Sequence record: PZ386954.1
Reading direction: 5' to 3' (one strand)
Length of the DNA stretch: 42,659 bases
DNA from: a phage
In this document: piece after piece, positions 1 through 7,555 of the stretch
Numbering within the stretch: the first letter of the stretch is position 1
Layout of the letters: each line of letters opens with the position of its first letter
Translations under genes and position numbers: made by a program
The notes under the pieces: generated by a model
The model's input: only the letters and a program-made list of their open reading frames with translations
Told to the model about the DNA's origin: nothing
The model's database searches: none

Positions 1-1737
1 ATGGCAGGAATCGTTCGCGCTCACTACGAGAACAACTTCCCGCTGTTCCTGCATGACTACTTCGCATGGCTGGGCTTTGACCTCACTGAAATGCAGCTCG
101 ACATTGGCCGCTACATGGCCGACAGGACGCTCAAGAACAAGTGCGTCATGGCGCAGCGTGGTGAGGCTAAGTCCACCATCGGCATTGCCCGTGCTCTGTA
201 CGAATTTGTGCAGATGCCGAACGCCACTGTGCTGCTGGTCTCCGGTTCGGATGACTATGCTGGCACGCTCTCGCACGCTATCGTGTCTGCCATCATGCAA
301 TGGGACAGACTTGAATGGCTGCGCCCGGAGACTCGCGCTGGCGCACGTACGTCATACACTGACGGCTTTGACGTGCATCACGCGTTCCGTATCCCTGACA
401 AACAGCCCTCTGTAAAAGCGGTAGGTATCTTCGGCCAGTTGCAGGGGAACCACGTATCGCTGTTGATTGCCGATGACGTGGAGACTACCAGTAACGGTAG
501 CTCTCCTGCCAACCGCGCCCGTATCAACACCCTGACCAAAGAGTTCGCGGCTATCGCCAACGATGGTGCAGAGATTCTGTACCTCGGCACCCCGCAGACT
601 CAGGACTCCATCTACAACACGCTCCCGCAGCGTGGCTTCGACGTTCGAATCTGGCCCGGTCGTTTCCCTACGCCGGAAGAAGAAGAACGGTACGGCGGCT
701 GTCTGGCCCCGTGGATTAAGCAGAAGATGGAAGGCCACCCGGAACTGCGTACTGGCTACGGTATCCTTGGGAACCGTGGTGCTCAGACTGACCCTCAGCG
801 TTATTCTGAGGAGAAGCAGCTCCAGAACGAGCGAGATTATCAGCAGGCAGGCTTCCAGTTGCAGTTCATGCTGGATACGTCGCTGTCTGATGCGCTCAAA
901 CAAACGTTACATCTCAGAGACTTAATCTTCTTCCACGGCTCTACGCAGTCTGCGCCAGAGGTTCTGCACTGGTCGAACCACCCGCGCCATGCCGCCGAGC
1001 TGCCACTGGATTTCCCACTTGCTCGCGCTCAGCTATTCTTGGCTGCTGACTTCTCGGACACGTATGTACCATTCGAAAATACCTCGGCGTTTCTTGACCC
1101 TGCTGGTGGTGGGTCGGACGAATCAGTTATCATCGCCACAGCTTCTGTCGGCCCGTTTATCCACGTCATTGGTATGCACGTCTACCACGGCGGCCAGACG
1201 GAGGAGAATATCAAGGCGGCGGTAGAGTGGCTGTCTGAGGTTGGCGTTAAACGGCTGGTCATTGAGGATAACATGGGCCACGGCACTGTGACCAACATGT
1301 ACCGAGGTGAGATTAAGCGGCAGAGCCTGACCATTGGCTGCGAAGGCGTGTACTCGTCCGGCCAGAAAGAGGTGCGTATCATCAACCGCCTCGGCCCAAT
1401 CATGCAGCGCCACCGTGTCGTTGTGCATTGGTGCGTTGTTGAAGAAGACCTGCGGCTGTGCCGGGGGATGAATAACGGTGGTCGAGAGTTCAGCCTGTTC
1501 TGGCAGCTCCAGAACCTGACCCAAGACCGTCAATCAATCCCTCACGATGACCGTATTGAAACCCTATCTGCTGCCGTGTACCTGCACGCTGAGGTGCTAC
1601 AGCAGGACGAACATGAAGAAGCTGCCAAGCGCGAGACTGCTGCTGCACGAGAGTTCCTTGCCAACCCAATGGGTTACGACGACTCGAAGTGGCGCAGCCA
1701 TAAACCTGTGCGCGGCGTGCGACGGAGACTACGTTAA
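1..1737 (+). CDS. terminase large subunit (T7 gp19-like DNA maturase B); start may lie upstream across the window junction (in-frame ATG at 42636)
   Basis: 578-aa ORF; GFQLQFMLDTS...LHLRDLIFF and C-terminal HDDRIETLSAAV resemble T7 gp19 (LQFMLNPNLSD, LAHDDRLDALA); directly follows the small-subunit gene when the window is circularised. Confidence 0.9.
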   Translation: MAGIVRAHYENNFPLFLHDYFAWLGFDLTEMQLDIGRYMADRTLKNKCVMAQRGEAKSTIGIARALYEFVQMPNATVLLVSGSDDYAGTLSHAIVSAIMQWDRLEWLRPETRAGARTSYTDGFDVHHAFRIPDKQPSVKAVGIFGQLQGNHVSLLIADDVETTSNGSSPANRARINTLTKEFAAIANDGAEILYLGTPQTQDSIYNTLPQRGFDVRIWPGRFPTPEEEERYGGCLAPWIKQKMEGHPELRTGYGILGNRGAQTDPQRYSEEKQLQNERDYQQAGFQLQFMLDTSLSDALKQTLHLRDLIFFHGSTQSAPEVLHWSNHPRHAAELPLDFPLARAQLFLAADFSDTYVPFENTSAFLDPAGGGSDESVIIATASVGPFIHVIGMHVYHGGQTEENIKAAVEWLSEVGVKRLVIEDNMGHGTVTNMYRGEIKRQSLTIGCEGVYSSGQKEVRIINRLGPIMQRHRVVVHWCVVEEDLRLCRGMNNGGREFSLFWQLQNLTQDRQSIPHDDRIETLSAAVYLHAEVLQQDEHEEAAKRETAAAREFLANPMGYDDSKWRSHKPVRGVRRRLR

Positions 1738-2405
1738 TGTCCTTGATTACCATCACTGACCAACAGCGGTACGACATCGGCTACCGCGCCAACATTGCTG
1801 CGAACCTTACGCAGCGTTTCGTGAACAACACGACCACTATCACGGCAGCTCAGGCTGCTGACATCGACACGGCCATCCAGCAGCTCATGACAGCGTTGGA
1901 AGCGGCTGGGTATAGTTCCGTACCGGAAGGCTCAGTAATCGTCGCAGACGGCGCTACAGCGACTGTAGTGAACCAAGACGGCACTGTGTCCAAGTCGGGT
2001 ACGGTTGAGGTCGATGGCTCTACTTATCAGATTCGATTCCCGGTGACTGTCGGTATGAAGTCCAACGGTGACTCAATCTCTGTGCAGAATGTGAACGGTG
2101 CCGCTGGCATTACGTCCACTTCCTTCGTGAACAGCAACGGTGTGCTGCTGGCAGCCCGGCTCCCGGCGACGGTGGCCTGCATCGCCAGCGGTAACGGTAT
2201 CCAGATTCGCAACTCTGCGGGCACGGCTATCGCTAACGCCTCCATCACGGTTTCCAACGGCGTTATTGCGTACGGCACCTTCCCGGCGACCATCGCTGCT
2301 GTGGCTAACGCCGCTGCACTACAGGTTCCGGTGACTGGCACTTACACCGACACTGCAACCTTCACTGTCGCTGGTGGCGTTATCACTGGCATTACCCTCT
2401 CTTAA
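1737..2405 (+). CDS. beta-rich Gly/Thr/Ala/Asn/Val-rich protein, possibly a virion or tail-associated adhesin-like protein
   Basis: 222-aa ORF; ATG overlaps terminase stop (TAATG); low-complexity beta-strand-like composition; no catalytic motif recognised. Confidence 0.5.
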   Translation: MSLITITDQQRYDIGYRANIAANLTQRFVNNTTTITAAQAADIDTAIQQLMTALEAAGYSSVPEGSVIVADGATATVVNQDGTVSKSGTVEVDGSTYQIRFPVTVGMKSNGDSISVQNVNGAAGITSTSFVNSNGVLLAARLPATVACIASGNGIQIRNSAGTAIANASITVSNGVIAYGTFPATIAAVANAAALQVPVTGTYTDTATFTVAGGVITGITLS

Positions 2406-2416
2406 GGAGAATCTTT

Positions 2417-2611
2417 ATGGCACTTGTTGACTCTACCGCTGCTGAACGTGCGGAGTTCGTGGCAGCCTGTAATATGGCGGCCAAGTATCTGAACGTTTGG
2501 ACGGAAGACTACTTCTTCGACACCACCAACACCGAGCTGGTTGCTTACTACCAGACGTTCGTGACCCGTGTACAAACGGCACTCACCAACCTCACTAACG
2601 GCGGCGCGTAA
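2417..2611 (+). CDS. hypothetical protein (64 aa)
   Basis: ATG preceded by AAGGAGA Shine-Dalgarno; no TM segment or motif recognised. Confidence 0.5.
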   Translation: MALVDSTAAERAEFVAACNMAAKYLNVWTEDYFFDTTNTELVAYYQTFVTRVQTALTNLTNGGA

Positions 2612-2621
2612 GGAGTAGCGT

Positions 2622-3110
2622 ATGAAACTGTCTCGGCTAATGGCCGGGGCAGTCCTATCAGCGTCGCTGACTCTGACGGGCTGCTCCGCAACTAGCGCAC
2701 TGTCTGCTGTAACTTCGGCTGTATCTCCCAACAAGCCGGAACTGACGGCTCAAGTAGGTGCAGAGAATACGAAGCAAGGTATCGGTGTGACTGCGAAACA
2801 GTCCGACGAAACAGAAGTCGGTGACGTATCAGGCAACGCGAAAGTGGATACCGCTAAGCAGGGTTCGAATGGCACTTCCGTCAAGGACGTTACAGGAGGC
2901 TCTGTAAACGCTTCTAAGCAGGGGTCGCAAATGACCCAAGGAAACGTACAGGCTCGCACAGTAATCGTCTCACAGAGCGACCCACGCAGTCTCCTGTGGG
3001 CTTTTGGCATGGGCCTTACATGTATCCTTGGTTTAGTCATGTGGTTTGTACCATCTCCGTGGAAAAGGAAAGTGAAAGATGACGGAAGCAAAGAAGGAGC
3101 CAACTCCTAA
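2622..3110 (+). CDS. lipoprotein with C-terminal transmembrane segment; candidate unimolecular spanin
   Basis: N-terminal signal peptide with lipobox LTGC; periplasmic region with repeated AKQG/SKQG units; C-terminal hydrophobic helix LLWAFGMGLTCILGLVMWFV followed by KRKVKDD; SD AAGGAG upstream. Confidence 0.6.
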   Translation: MKLSRLMAGAVLSASLTLTGCSATSALSAVTSAVSPNKPELTAQVGAENTKQGIGVTAKQSDETEVGDVSGNAKVDTAKQGSNGTSVKDVTGGSVNASKQGSQMTQGNVQARTVIVSQSDPRSLLWAFGMGLTCILGLVMWFVPSPWKRKVKDDGSKEGANS

Positions 3111-3462
3111 CATCCACTCGCGTATGGGTGCAGTGGAGGCTCGTATGCAATCCGTAGAACTTCGACTCGACAAGCACGAGGTACAAATCGCCACTCTTGA
3201 AAAGGGCGATGCTGCAATGCTGGCCAAGCTCGCGGAGAACGATACCCGCTGGCAGACCGTTCAGCAGCAGCTCCTTGTGGTTGAGCAAATTCAGGACATT
3301 CAGAAGACTATGAGCCATATCGGTAAGCTGTTTACGGCGGCGGCTCACGCTGTCAAATGGTGTCTCTTAACCGCATCCCTGTGTAGCGGTATCTACTTAG
3401 CGATTAAGGCTGGCGACCTCACGGCTCTCCAGTCCTTTATCACGACTATCTTGGGGATGTAA
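3079..3462 (+). CDS. membrane protein with N-terminal coiled-coil-like region and C-terminal hydrophobic segments; holin candidate
   Basis: 127-aa ORF with SD AAGGAAAG; C-terminal KWCLLTASLCSGIYLAIKAG...FITTILGM hydrophobic; sits immediately upstream of endolysin with overlapping stop/start. Confidence 0.45.
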   Translation: MTEAKKEPTPNIHSRMGAVEARMQSVELRLDKHEVQIATLEKGDAAMLAKLAENDTRWQTVQQQLLVVEQIQDIQKTMSHIGKLFTAAAHAVKWCLLTASLCSGIYLAIKAGDLTALQSFITTILGM

Positions 3463-3998
3463 TGACTAACTTTGAAATCTGTATGCGGTTCACCGGGCTG
3501 GCAGAAGGCGGTTACGCCAACCTGCCCGGCGACACCGGAGGGGAAACGAATCATGGAATTAGTGACGCTCGTGATGGAAAGCTGGATGGTAGAGCTTGCG
3601 GTGTCCCTACTGGGCTTGGCGGCACTATTTGTGTGCCTATCCGCGACCTCACCAAAGCGCAAGCCGAAGCAATCTATCGACGGGACTACTACAGCCCCAT
3701 CCGAGGTGACGAGCTTCACCCTGCGATTGCATGTGCCGTGTTCGACTACGGCGTTAACTCAGGTGTCTCCCGTGCGGCGAAAGCTCTACAGCGGGTATGC
3801 GGCGTTGCACAAGACGGGGTTATTGGCCCTGCTACCGTGGCAGCAGCCAAACGTCTGGAACCTCACTCCGCAGCAGCAGCCATCTGTGACCTTCGTATTG
3901 CGTTCCTAAAGGCTTCTACAGCCCCAACAATCGTTCGGTATAGGGATGCCTTGGTAGCTCGTGCAAAACGCTGTAGCGCTTACTGTGCGACGCTGTAG
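3462..3998 (+). CDS. endolysin, glycoside hydrolase family 108-like N-terminal domain plus peptidoglycan-binding C-terminal domain
   Basis: N-terminal FTGLAEGGYANLPGDTGGETNHGI matches the GH108 EGGY...D.GG.T..GI signature; C-terminal ...VAQDGVIGPATVAAAKR resembles PG_binding_3; no signal or SAR segment. Confidence 0.85.
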   Translation: MTNFEICMRFTGLAEGGYANLPGDTGGETNHGISDARDGKLDGRACGVPTGLGGTICVPIRDLTKAQAEAIYRRDYYSPIRGDELHPAIACAVFDYGVNSGVSRAAKALQRVCGVAQDGVIGPATVAAAKRLEPHSAAAAICDLRIAFLKASTAPTIVRYRDALVARAKRCSAYCATL

Positions 3999-4194
3999 GG
4001 GTATCCGAAAGCTGAGGCAATGAACAGGCCGTGGGTGCAATACCCCGGCTTGAAAATTGACTATTTGTACGTGCCCCTCCCTCGACCCAAATGACCGCGC
4101 GTACCCCCATGACGTGTGCGCGGTTTAGCCTCGCGACGTGCGCGGTATTGTCTCGCGTGCGCTGCGCGGCGCGTCGAAAGGATTGCCTGCGTTC

Positions 4195-4600
4195 GGTATA
4201 GCTCGTGCGTGTCGCGTTTCATCGTCTGCCGTGTGGCGTGCTGTGCGCTGTCCTGCTGGCTGTGCTGTGTGCCTGCTGTGTGGGCTATCGGTGGCGGTGT
4301 GGTGCTGTCCTGTGGGGACGCTCTGCGCTGGCTGTGCGGTGCTGTGCGCTGCGCGTGGTCGGGCGGGTATCTGTCTCTTTTCGTGGCGCGGCGTGGTGCT
4401 GTGTGGTGGCGGTGGTGGCGGTGGTGCTGTCCTGTCTGCTGGTCTACTGTCTGCGCCTCCAGCTCTGCGCGTCATGCTCTGCTCCTGTCTGTCACCTGTC
4501 CTACTGCCTTCACGTTCTGCCGTCTGTCAGTCCTACGGCCTGCCATCCGTCATCCGTTCGGCGCTCGCTTGTTTCGGCTGCGCCGCGCTCGCTCTGCGTA
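4195..4600 (+). repeat. non-coding, extremely A-depleted (G/T/C-only) tract with short degenerate repeats (GCTGTGCG, GGTGGCGGTGGTG, CTGTC); probable genome-terminus or terminal-repeat region
   Basis: by direct count only 4 A residues in 4201-4440; overlapping ORFs in all frames here are low-complexity composition artefacts. Confidence 0.7.
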
Positions 4601-4605
4601 TCTAG

Positions 4606-4634
4606 CGATACTATATCACTATAGACACTTTCAT
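4606..4634 (+). promoter_or_regulatory. conserved element CGATACTATATCACTATAGACACTTTCAT; contains TCACTATAG identical to T7 promoter -8..+1; inverted near-identical copy at 25549-25580
   Basis: TCACTATAG at 4616-4624; about 130 bp upstream of the first sigma70 promoter, a T7 phiOL-like position. Confidence 0.45.
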
Positions 4635-4760
4635 TTACTTATTGATTTATAAGGATTTATTTACTGTATTCAATCGGTATTCTATCCAGTGTTAGGATTA
4701 TCTAATCAAACTTTAATCCTAATGATTACAGTAACTTATCACTTTTCTTGAAAATAATAC

Positions 4761-4789
4761 TTGCAAAGGTATTCGGTATTTGCTGTAAT
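4761..4789 (+). promoter_or_regulatory. sigma70-type early promoter P1 (TTGCAA-N17-TGcTGTAAT)
   Basis: -35 TTGCAA 4761-4766, 17-bp spacer, extended -10 TGc + TGTAAT 4784-4789, AT-rich upstream (AAAATAATAC). Confidence 0.7.
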
Positions 4790-4866
4790 TCATCTCGCCG
4801 GACAACACAGCGTCAACGTGTTGGACGGTGTAGGACGGTAACACTGCTCTTTAACAATCTGGTGTG

Positions 4867-4895
4867 TTGACAAGGCAAGCTCACTATGCTGTAAT
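4867..4895 (+). promoter_or_regulatory. sigma70-type early promoter P2 (TTGACA-N17-TGcTGTAAT)
   Basis: -35 TTGACA 4867-4872, 17-bp spacer, TGcTGTAAT ending 4895. Confidence 0.75.
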
Positions 4896-5004
4896 GCTTC
4901 CACGTCAGCCAGACAAGCCAAATAGTGATGGATAAACACGTTAACACCCACGCAGGCTAACTGGTACGGTTTAATTAACTCTGAACGGGCGCTGATTAAA
5001 TCGG

Positions 5005-5033
5005 TTGACAGGATGAAACGAGTATGCTGTAAT
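5005..5033 (+). promoter_or_regulatory. sigma70-type early promoter P3 (TTGACA-N17-TGcTGTAAT)
   Basis: -35 TTGACA 5005-5010, 17-bp spacer, TGTAAT 5028-5033. Confidence 0.75.
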
Positions 5034-5085
5034 ACACACCAGATTGACAGGGCAGCAAGCCAGTCAGTCAGAAGTAAAAAGGTAG

Positions 5086-5114
5086 TTGACAAGCTGAATA
5101 CGATGTGATGTAAT
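5086..5114 (+). promoter_or_regulatory. sigma70-type early promoter P4 (TTGACA-N17-TGaTGTAAT)
   Basis: -35 TTGACA 5086-5091, 17-bp spacer, TGTAAT 5109-5114. Confidence 0.75.
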
Positions 5115-5570
5115 CAGCACCGAGTTGAAAGGATGGAAAGCATCCTGCTCTGAGTGAACGCAAACTGGCCGCGTAGTGTCACGGCTCACTGGGTATCCGC
5201 CGCAGGTTGGAACTGGGTGAGGCATCGCCGAAAGGCAACGGTATCGCAACAATGCTAACGCCGTAGGGGTAGCGCCTGATGCAAGGTAACGGAGAAGCGC
5301 GATAGACGCAGCGCAGTATCAGCACAATACCAAACGTCTTATAAGGCGCGGAGTGAAGCGGGTAGGTAGGCAAGCTGGTAACGGTGAGCCGGACTGCTGG
5401 AGGACTCCTGAGAGTGGATGCAGACAATATCCACGGCGCGAAATGGGCGGGGCGATTTTTCAGGGTAGTGAATCCGACAAGCCAATCAATGCCAACGAGT
5501 GCAGACTGTACGGCGCGTCACAATGGGTTCACTATCCACCTGAAAATAGCCAACAACTGGAGAAATTAAT

Positions 5571-5960
5571 ATGTACCGTATCTATGCAAGCGCATATCGT
5601 CAGGGCAACGCTGAGTCAGTCAATCTGGCGCTTCATTGCAAGGCACTGCGAACGGTGCAGGACATGTTCGGAGTGGTTCCGGTCACACTGACAGGCAAGT
5701 TCGACAATGCGTATGAGTTAAGCATGGTCTTCCCTGTCGATGGAATCTACGAAATCCGACAGGCTGTTAAGCTGTTTTGTAAAGCCTTCGAACAGGACTG
5801 CATCATGGTAGTGACCAAAGACGACGATGCAATCTTCATGGACTCACCGTATCCGGGTAAGCCTGCTGGCAAGCTGGTCAGCAAGACTAACGAGGAAATG
5901 GAAGCCGGGCAGCATACCGCTTGGACTTACGATGGTGAGCAATTTTGGGTAGTGGAGTAA
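5571..5960 (+). CDS. first early protein (129 aa), function unknown
   Basis: ATG with GGAG Shine-Dalgarno; first ORF downstream of the early promoter cluster. Confidence 0.65.
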   Translation: MYRIYASAYRQGNAESVNLALHCKALRTVQDMFGVVPVTLTGKFDNAYELSMVFPVDGIYEIRQAVKLFCKAFEQDCIMVVTKDDDAIFMDSPYPGKPAGKLVSKTNEEMEAGQHTAWTYDGEQFWVVE

Positions 5961-6133
5961 GGAGCATGACTATGTTCACTGCACTGTGTGTTATTGCGGC
6001 GGCGTGTTGGGTTATTGACCAGCGCCTGCCTAAGCGAGCCTGATATGTGGGACTTACTGGTAGCGTTATTCTGGTTCGTCTTTGCAGGCTTGTGGATTTA
6101 CTGGCTGACTCGTCCCAAATTATGGTGACTGCC

Positions 6134-6157
6134 TAATGCGTCTTGCGAGGCGCATTG
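6134..6157 (+). other. intergenic RNA hairpin, 8-bp stem, loop TTGCGA (UGCG tetraloop if closed by U-A)
   Basis: AATGCGTC / TTGCGA / GGCGCATT inverted repeat; no downstream U-tract. Confidence 0.55.
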
Positions 6158-6192
6158 TGAAGTAACCAACCAACAACCCGACGAGGTGTATC

Positions 6193-6720
6193 ATGACTAC
6201 TGTTAAATATACTGCATTCAAAGACGCTGCCGCTCTGGACAAGGCCATTGAGTCTACCGTCAAGAAGGCGCACTCACTGCGTACCGACATCCAGAACGTT
6301 GCTGTCGGCATCATCCTGCACGCTTACCATCACGGCGACTACACTCGTGCTGAATCCTTCGTGAATCAGCTCGGTCAGGGTGTCCGTGGCAAGGCGCTGG
6401 TAGACTGGTTCGTCAAGTTCGGCGGCCTGATTATCGGTGAGAACGGCGGGAAACAGGGTTTCATTGGCTGGCAGGGCGCTGAGTATATCAAGGCGAACAT
6501 TGACACGGCCAAAGCCACTATGTGGTGGAGCCTGAAACCGGAGCAGACCTTCGAAGGCTTCGACCTGCAAGATGCGCTCGAAAAGCTGATTGCCAAAGCT
6601 GAGAAGGCGCTGAACAAGGCCAATGAGCTGCGTCACGAAGGCAAGGACGAAGACGCGAACAAGGTAGTGGTGCCGCAGAACGTCCTCGACCTGCTGCGCA
6701 AGGCTAAACAGGCTGCCTAA
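6193..6720 (+). CDS. early protein (175 aa), C-terminal coiled-coil-like region, function unknown
   Basis: ATG with GAGG SD; follows conserved hairpin. Confidence 0.65.
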   Translation: MTTVKYTAFKDAAALDKAIESTVKKAHSLRTDIQNVAVGIILHAYHHGDYTRAESFVNQLGQGVRGKALVDWFVKFGGLIIGENGGKQGFIGWQGAEYIKANIDTAKATMWWSLKPEQTFEGFDLQDALEKLIAKAEKALNKANELRHEGKDEDANKVVVPQNVLDLLRKAKQAA

Positions 6721-6795
6721 GCGGGATTGACTCAAGCCAGTGTCAAGGCGCTGGCTTTATGGCAATTCTGCCCCAACCTATTCGGAGTATTACCC

Positions 6796-7077
6796 ATGAC
6801 TATCAAAACTGTAACTGCATTCGTGACCAAGAAAGCTGGCGAACTGTATGGCTTCGCTGTTTCCCTGAACGAAGGCCAGTACCTGCACCACGTCCGTGAA
6901 GAAGGCGAGCCGACTGAGGCCGTAGCCATCCTCGAAACGTTGCAGGGTATCCCGCTGCCGCACGAGTTCATCATCATGCTCGCTGAGCAGGACGAAGACG
7001 ACCTGCGACTGCGCCACGGTGACGACCTGACGATTGAAGAAATCGGCACGTTCGAAGCAGAAGTAGACGACGAGTAA
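6796..7077 (+). CDS. small acidic early protein (93 aa)
   Basis: ATG at 6796 with GGAG SD 8 nt upstream (track ORF 6727 begins at TTG); D/E-rich, C-terminal EAEVDDE. Confidence 0.6.
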   Translation: MTIKTVTAFVTKKAGELYGFAVSLNEGQYLHHVREEGEPTEAVAILETLQGIPLPHEFIIMLAEQDEDDLRLRHGDDLTIEEIGTFEAEVDDE

Positions 7078-7086
7078 GCGTTGTCC

Positions 7087-7112
7087 TGCTGCATCCTTGC
7101 GAGGGTGCAGCG
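7087..7112 (+). other. intergenic RNA hairpin, 10-bp stem, loop TTGCGA, followed by conserved leader cassette
   Basis: TGCTGCATCC / TTGCGA / GGGTGCAGCG; then GGCAATAGTGCC mini-hairpin and ...CCGAGGGTTTTAATATG. Confidence 0.6.
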
Positions 7113-7148
7113 TGGCAATAGTGCCTTACTCAATCCGAGGGTTTTAAT

Positions 7149-7490
7149 ATGAGCATCAAACTTGTAATCCTGACCAACATCGCAGCTTCCGCATTCGGCG
7201 CAGACGTACCGGAAGAAGCGCGTACTGCTGAGTGGGTGGCGTTCACCTCCGACGACGAGGGCTACCTGATTGCAGGCCGCAACCGCGACGGCGACTCTGC
7301 CGAGGACATCGTGGCGCACTTCGACGCTGACGAAGGCTTCGCTGGGTTCGCAGCTTCTGGCCTGCCGCTGGAACTGTTCGGCATGATGAACGGCGTGCCT
7401 TTCATCGACCGTGAGAAGCTGGGCGCAGACGTGTCTGTCACCGAGCTGAAAGTGTACGGCGAAGAAGATGACGTAGACTTCTCTGCGTGA
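7149..7490 (+). CDS. small acidic early protein (113 aa)
   Basis: ATG after conserved leader cassette with GAGG SD; strongly D/E-rich. Confidence 0.65.
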   Translation: MSIKLVILTNIAASAFGADVPEEARTAEWVAFTSDDEGYLIAGRNRDGDSAEDIVAHFDADEGFAGFAASGLPLELFGMMNGVPFIDREKLGADVSVTELKVYGEEDDVDFSA

Positions 7491-7497
7491 TACCTTA

Positions 7498-7519
7498 CTG
7501 CCTCGTTGCGACGGGGCAG
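7498..7519 (+). other. intergenic RNA hairpin, 8-bp stem, loop TTGCGA, followed by conserved leader cassette
   Basis: CTGCCTCG / TTGCGA / CGGGGCAG; then GGCAATCATGCC and ...CTGAGGATTTATTATG. Confidence 0.6.
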
Positions 7520-7555
7520 TGCGGCAATCATGCCCCAATCTACTGAGGATTTATT

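Noticed and set aside
53-415. Alternative-frame ORFs overlapping terminase, endolysin (3472-3909), DNA polymerase and RNAP genes on the + strand
   Set aside because: Fully embedded in longer ORFs with strong motif support; no independent start signals.
4195-4600. Possible CRISPR array in the repeat tract
   Set aside because: Repeats are short, degenerate and lack regularly spaced unique spacers of uniform length; composition-driven rather than repeat-spacer architecture.
4606-4634. Assigning the TCACTATAG element as a definite T7-type promoter firing rightward
   Set aside because: Three of four motif copies are in the opposite orientation relative to the co-directional genes, so strand and function cannot be fixed from sequence alone; reported as a candidate only.
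4116-4652. Three overlapping + strand ORFs (4116-4652, 4138-4605, 4205-4624) and minus ORF 4125-4475
   Set aside because: Products are Cys/Ala/Val/Leu/Arg/Trp or Pro/Thr/Ala low-complexity strings produced by the A-depleted repeat tract; treated as non-coding.
5044-5072. Fifth TTGACA hexamer at 5044-5049
   Set aside because: No acceptable -10 hexamer at 16-18 bp spacing (GTCAGA/TCAGAA), so not called as a promoter.
5115-5570. tRNA gene in the long non-coding leader
   Set aside because: No cloverleaf-compatible segment or T-loop GTTCGAATC-like motif found by eye; none called, though a tRNA scan would be decisive.
5353-5691. ORFs 5353-5691 and 5384-5569 in the early leader
   Set aside because: No convincing Shine-Dalgarno or start context, and they run into or overlap the well-supported gene at 5571; more likely untranslated leader.
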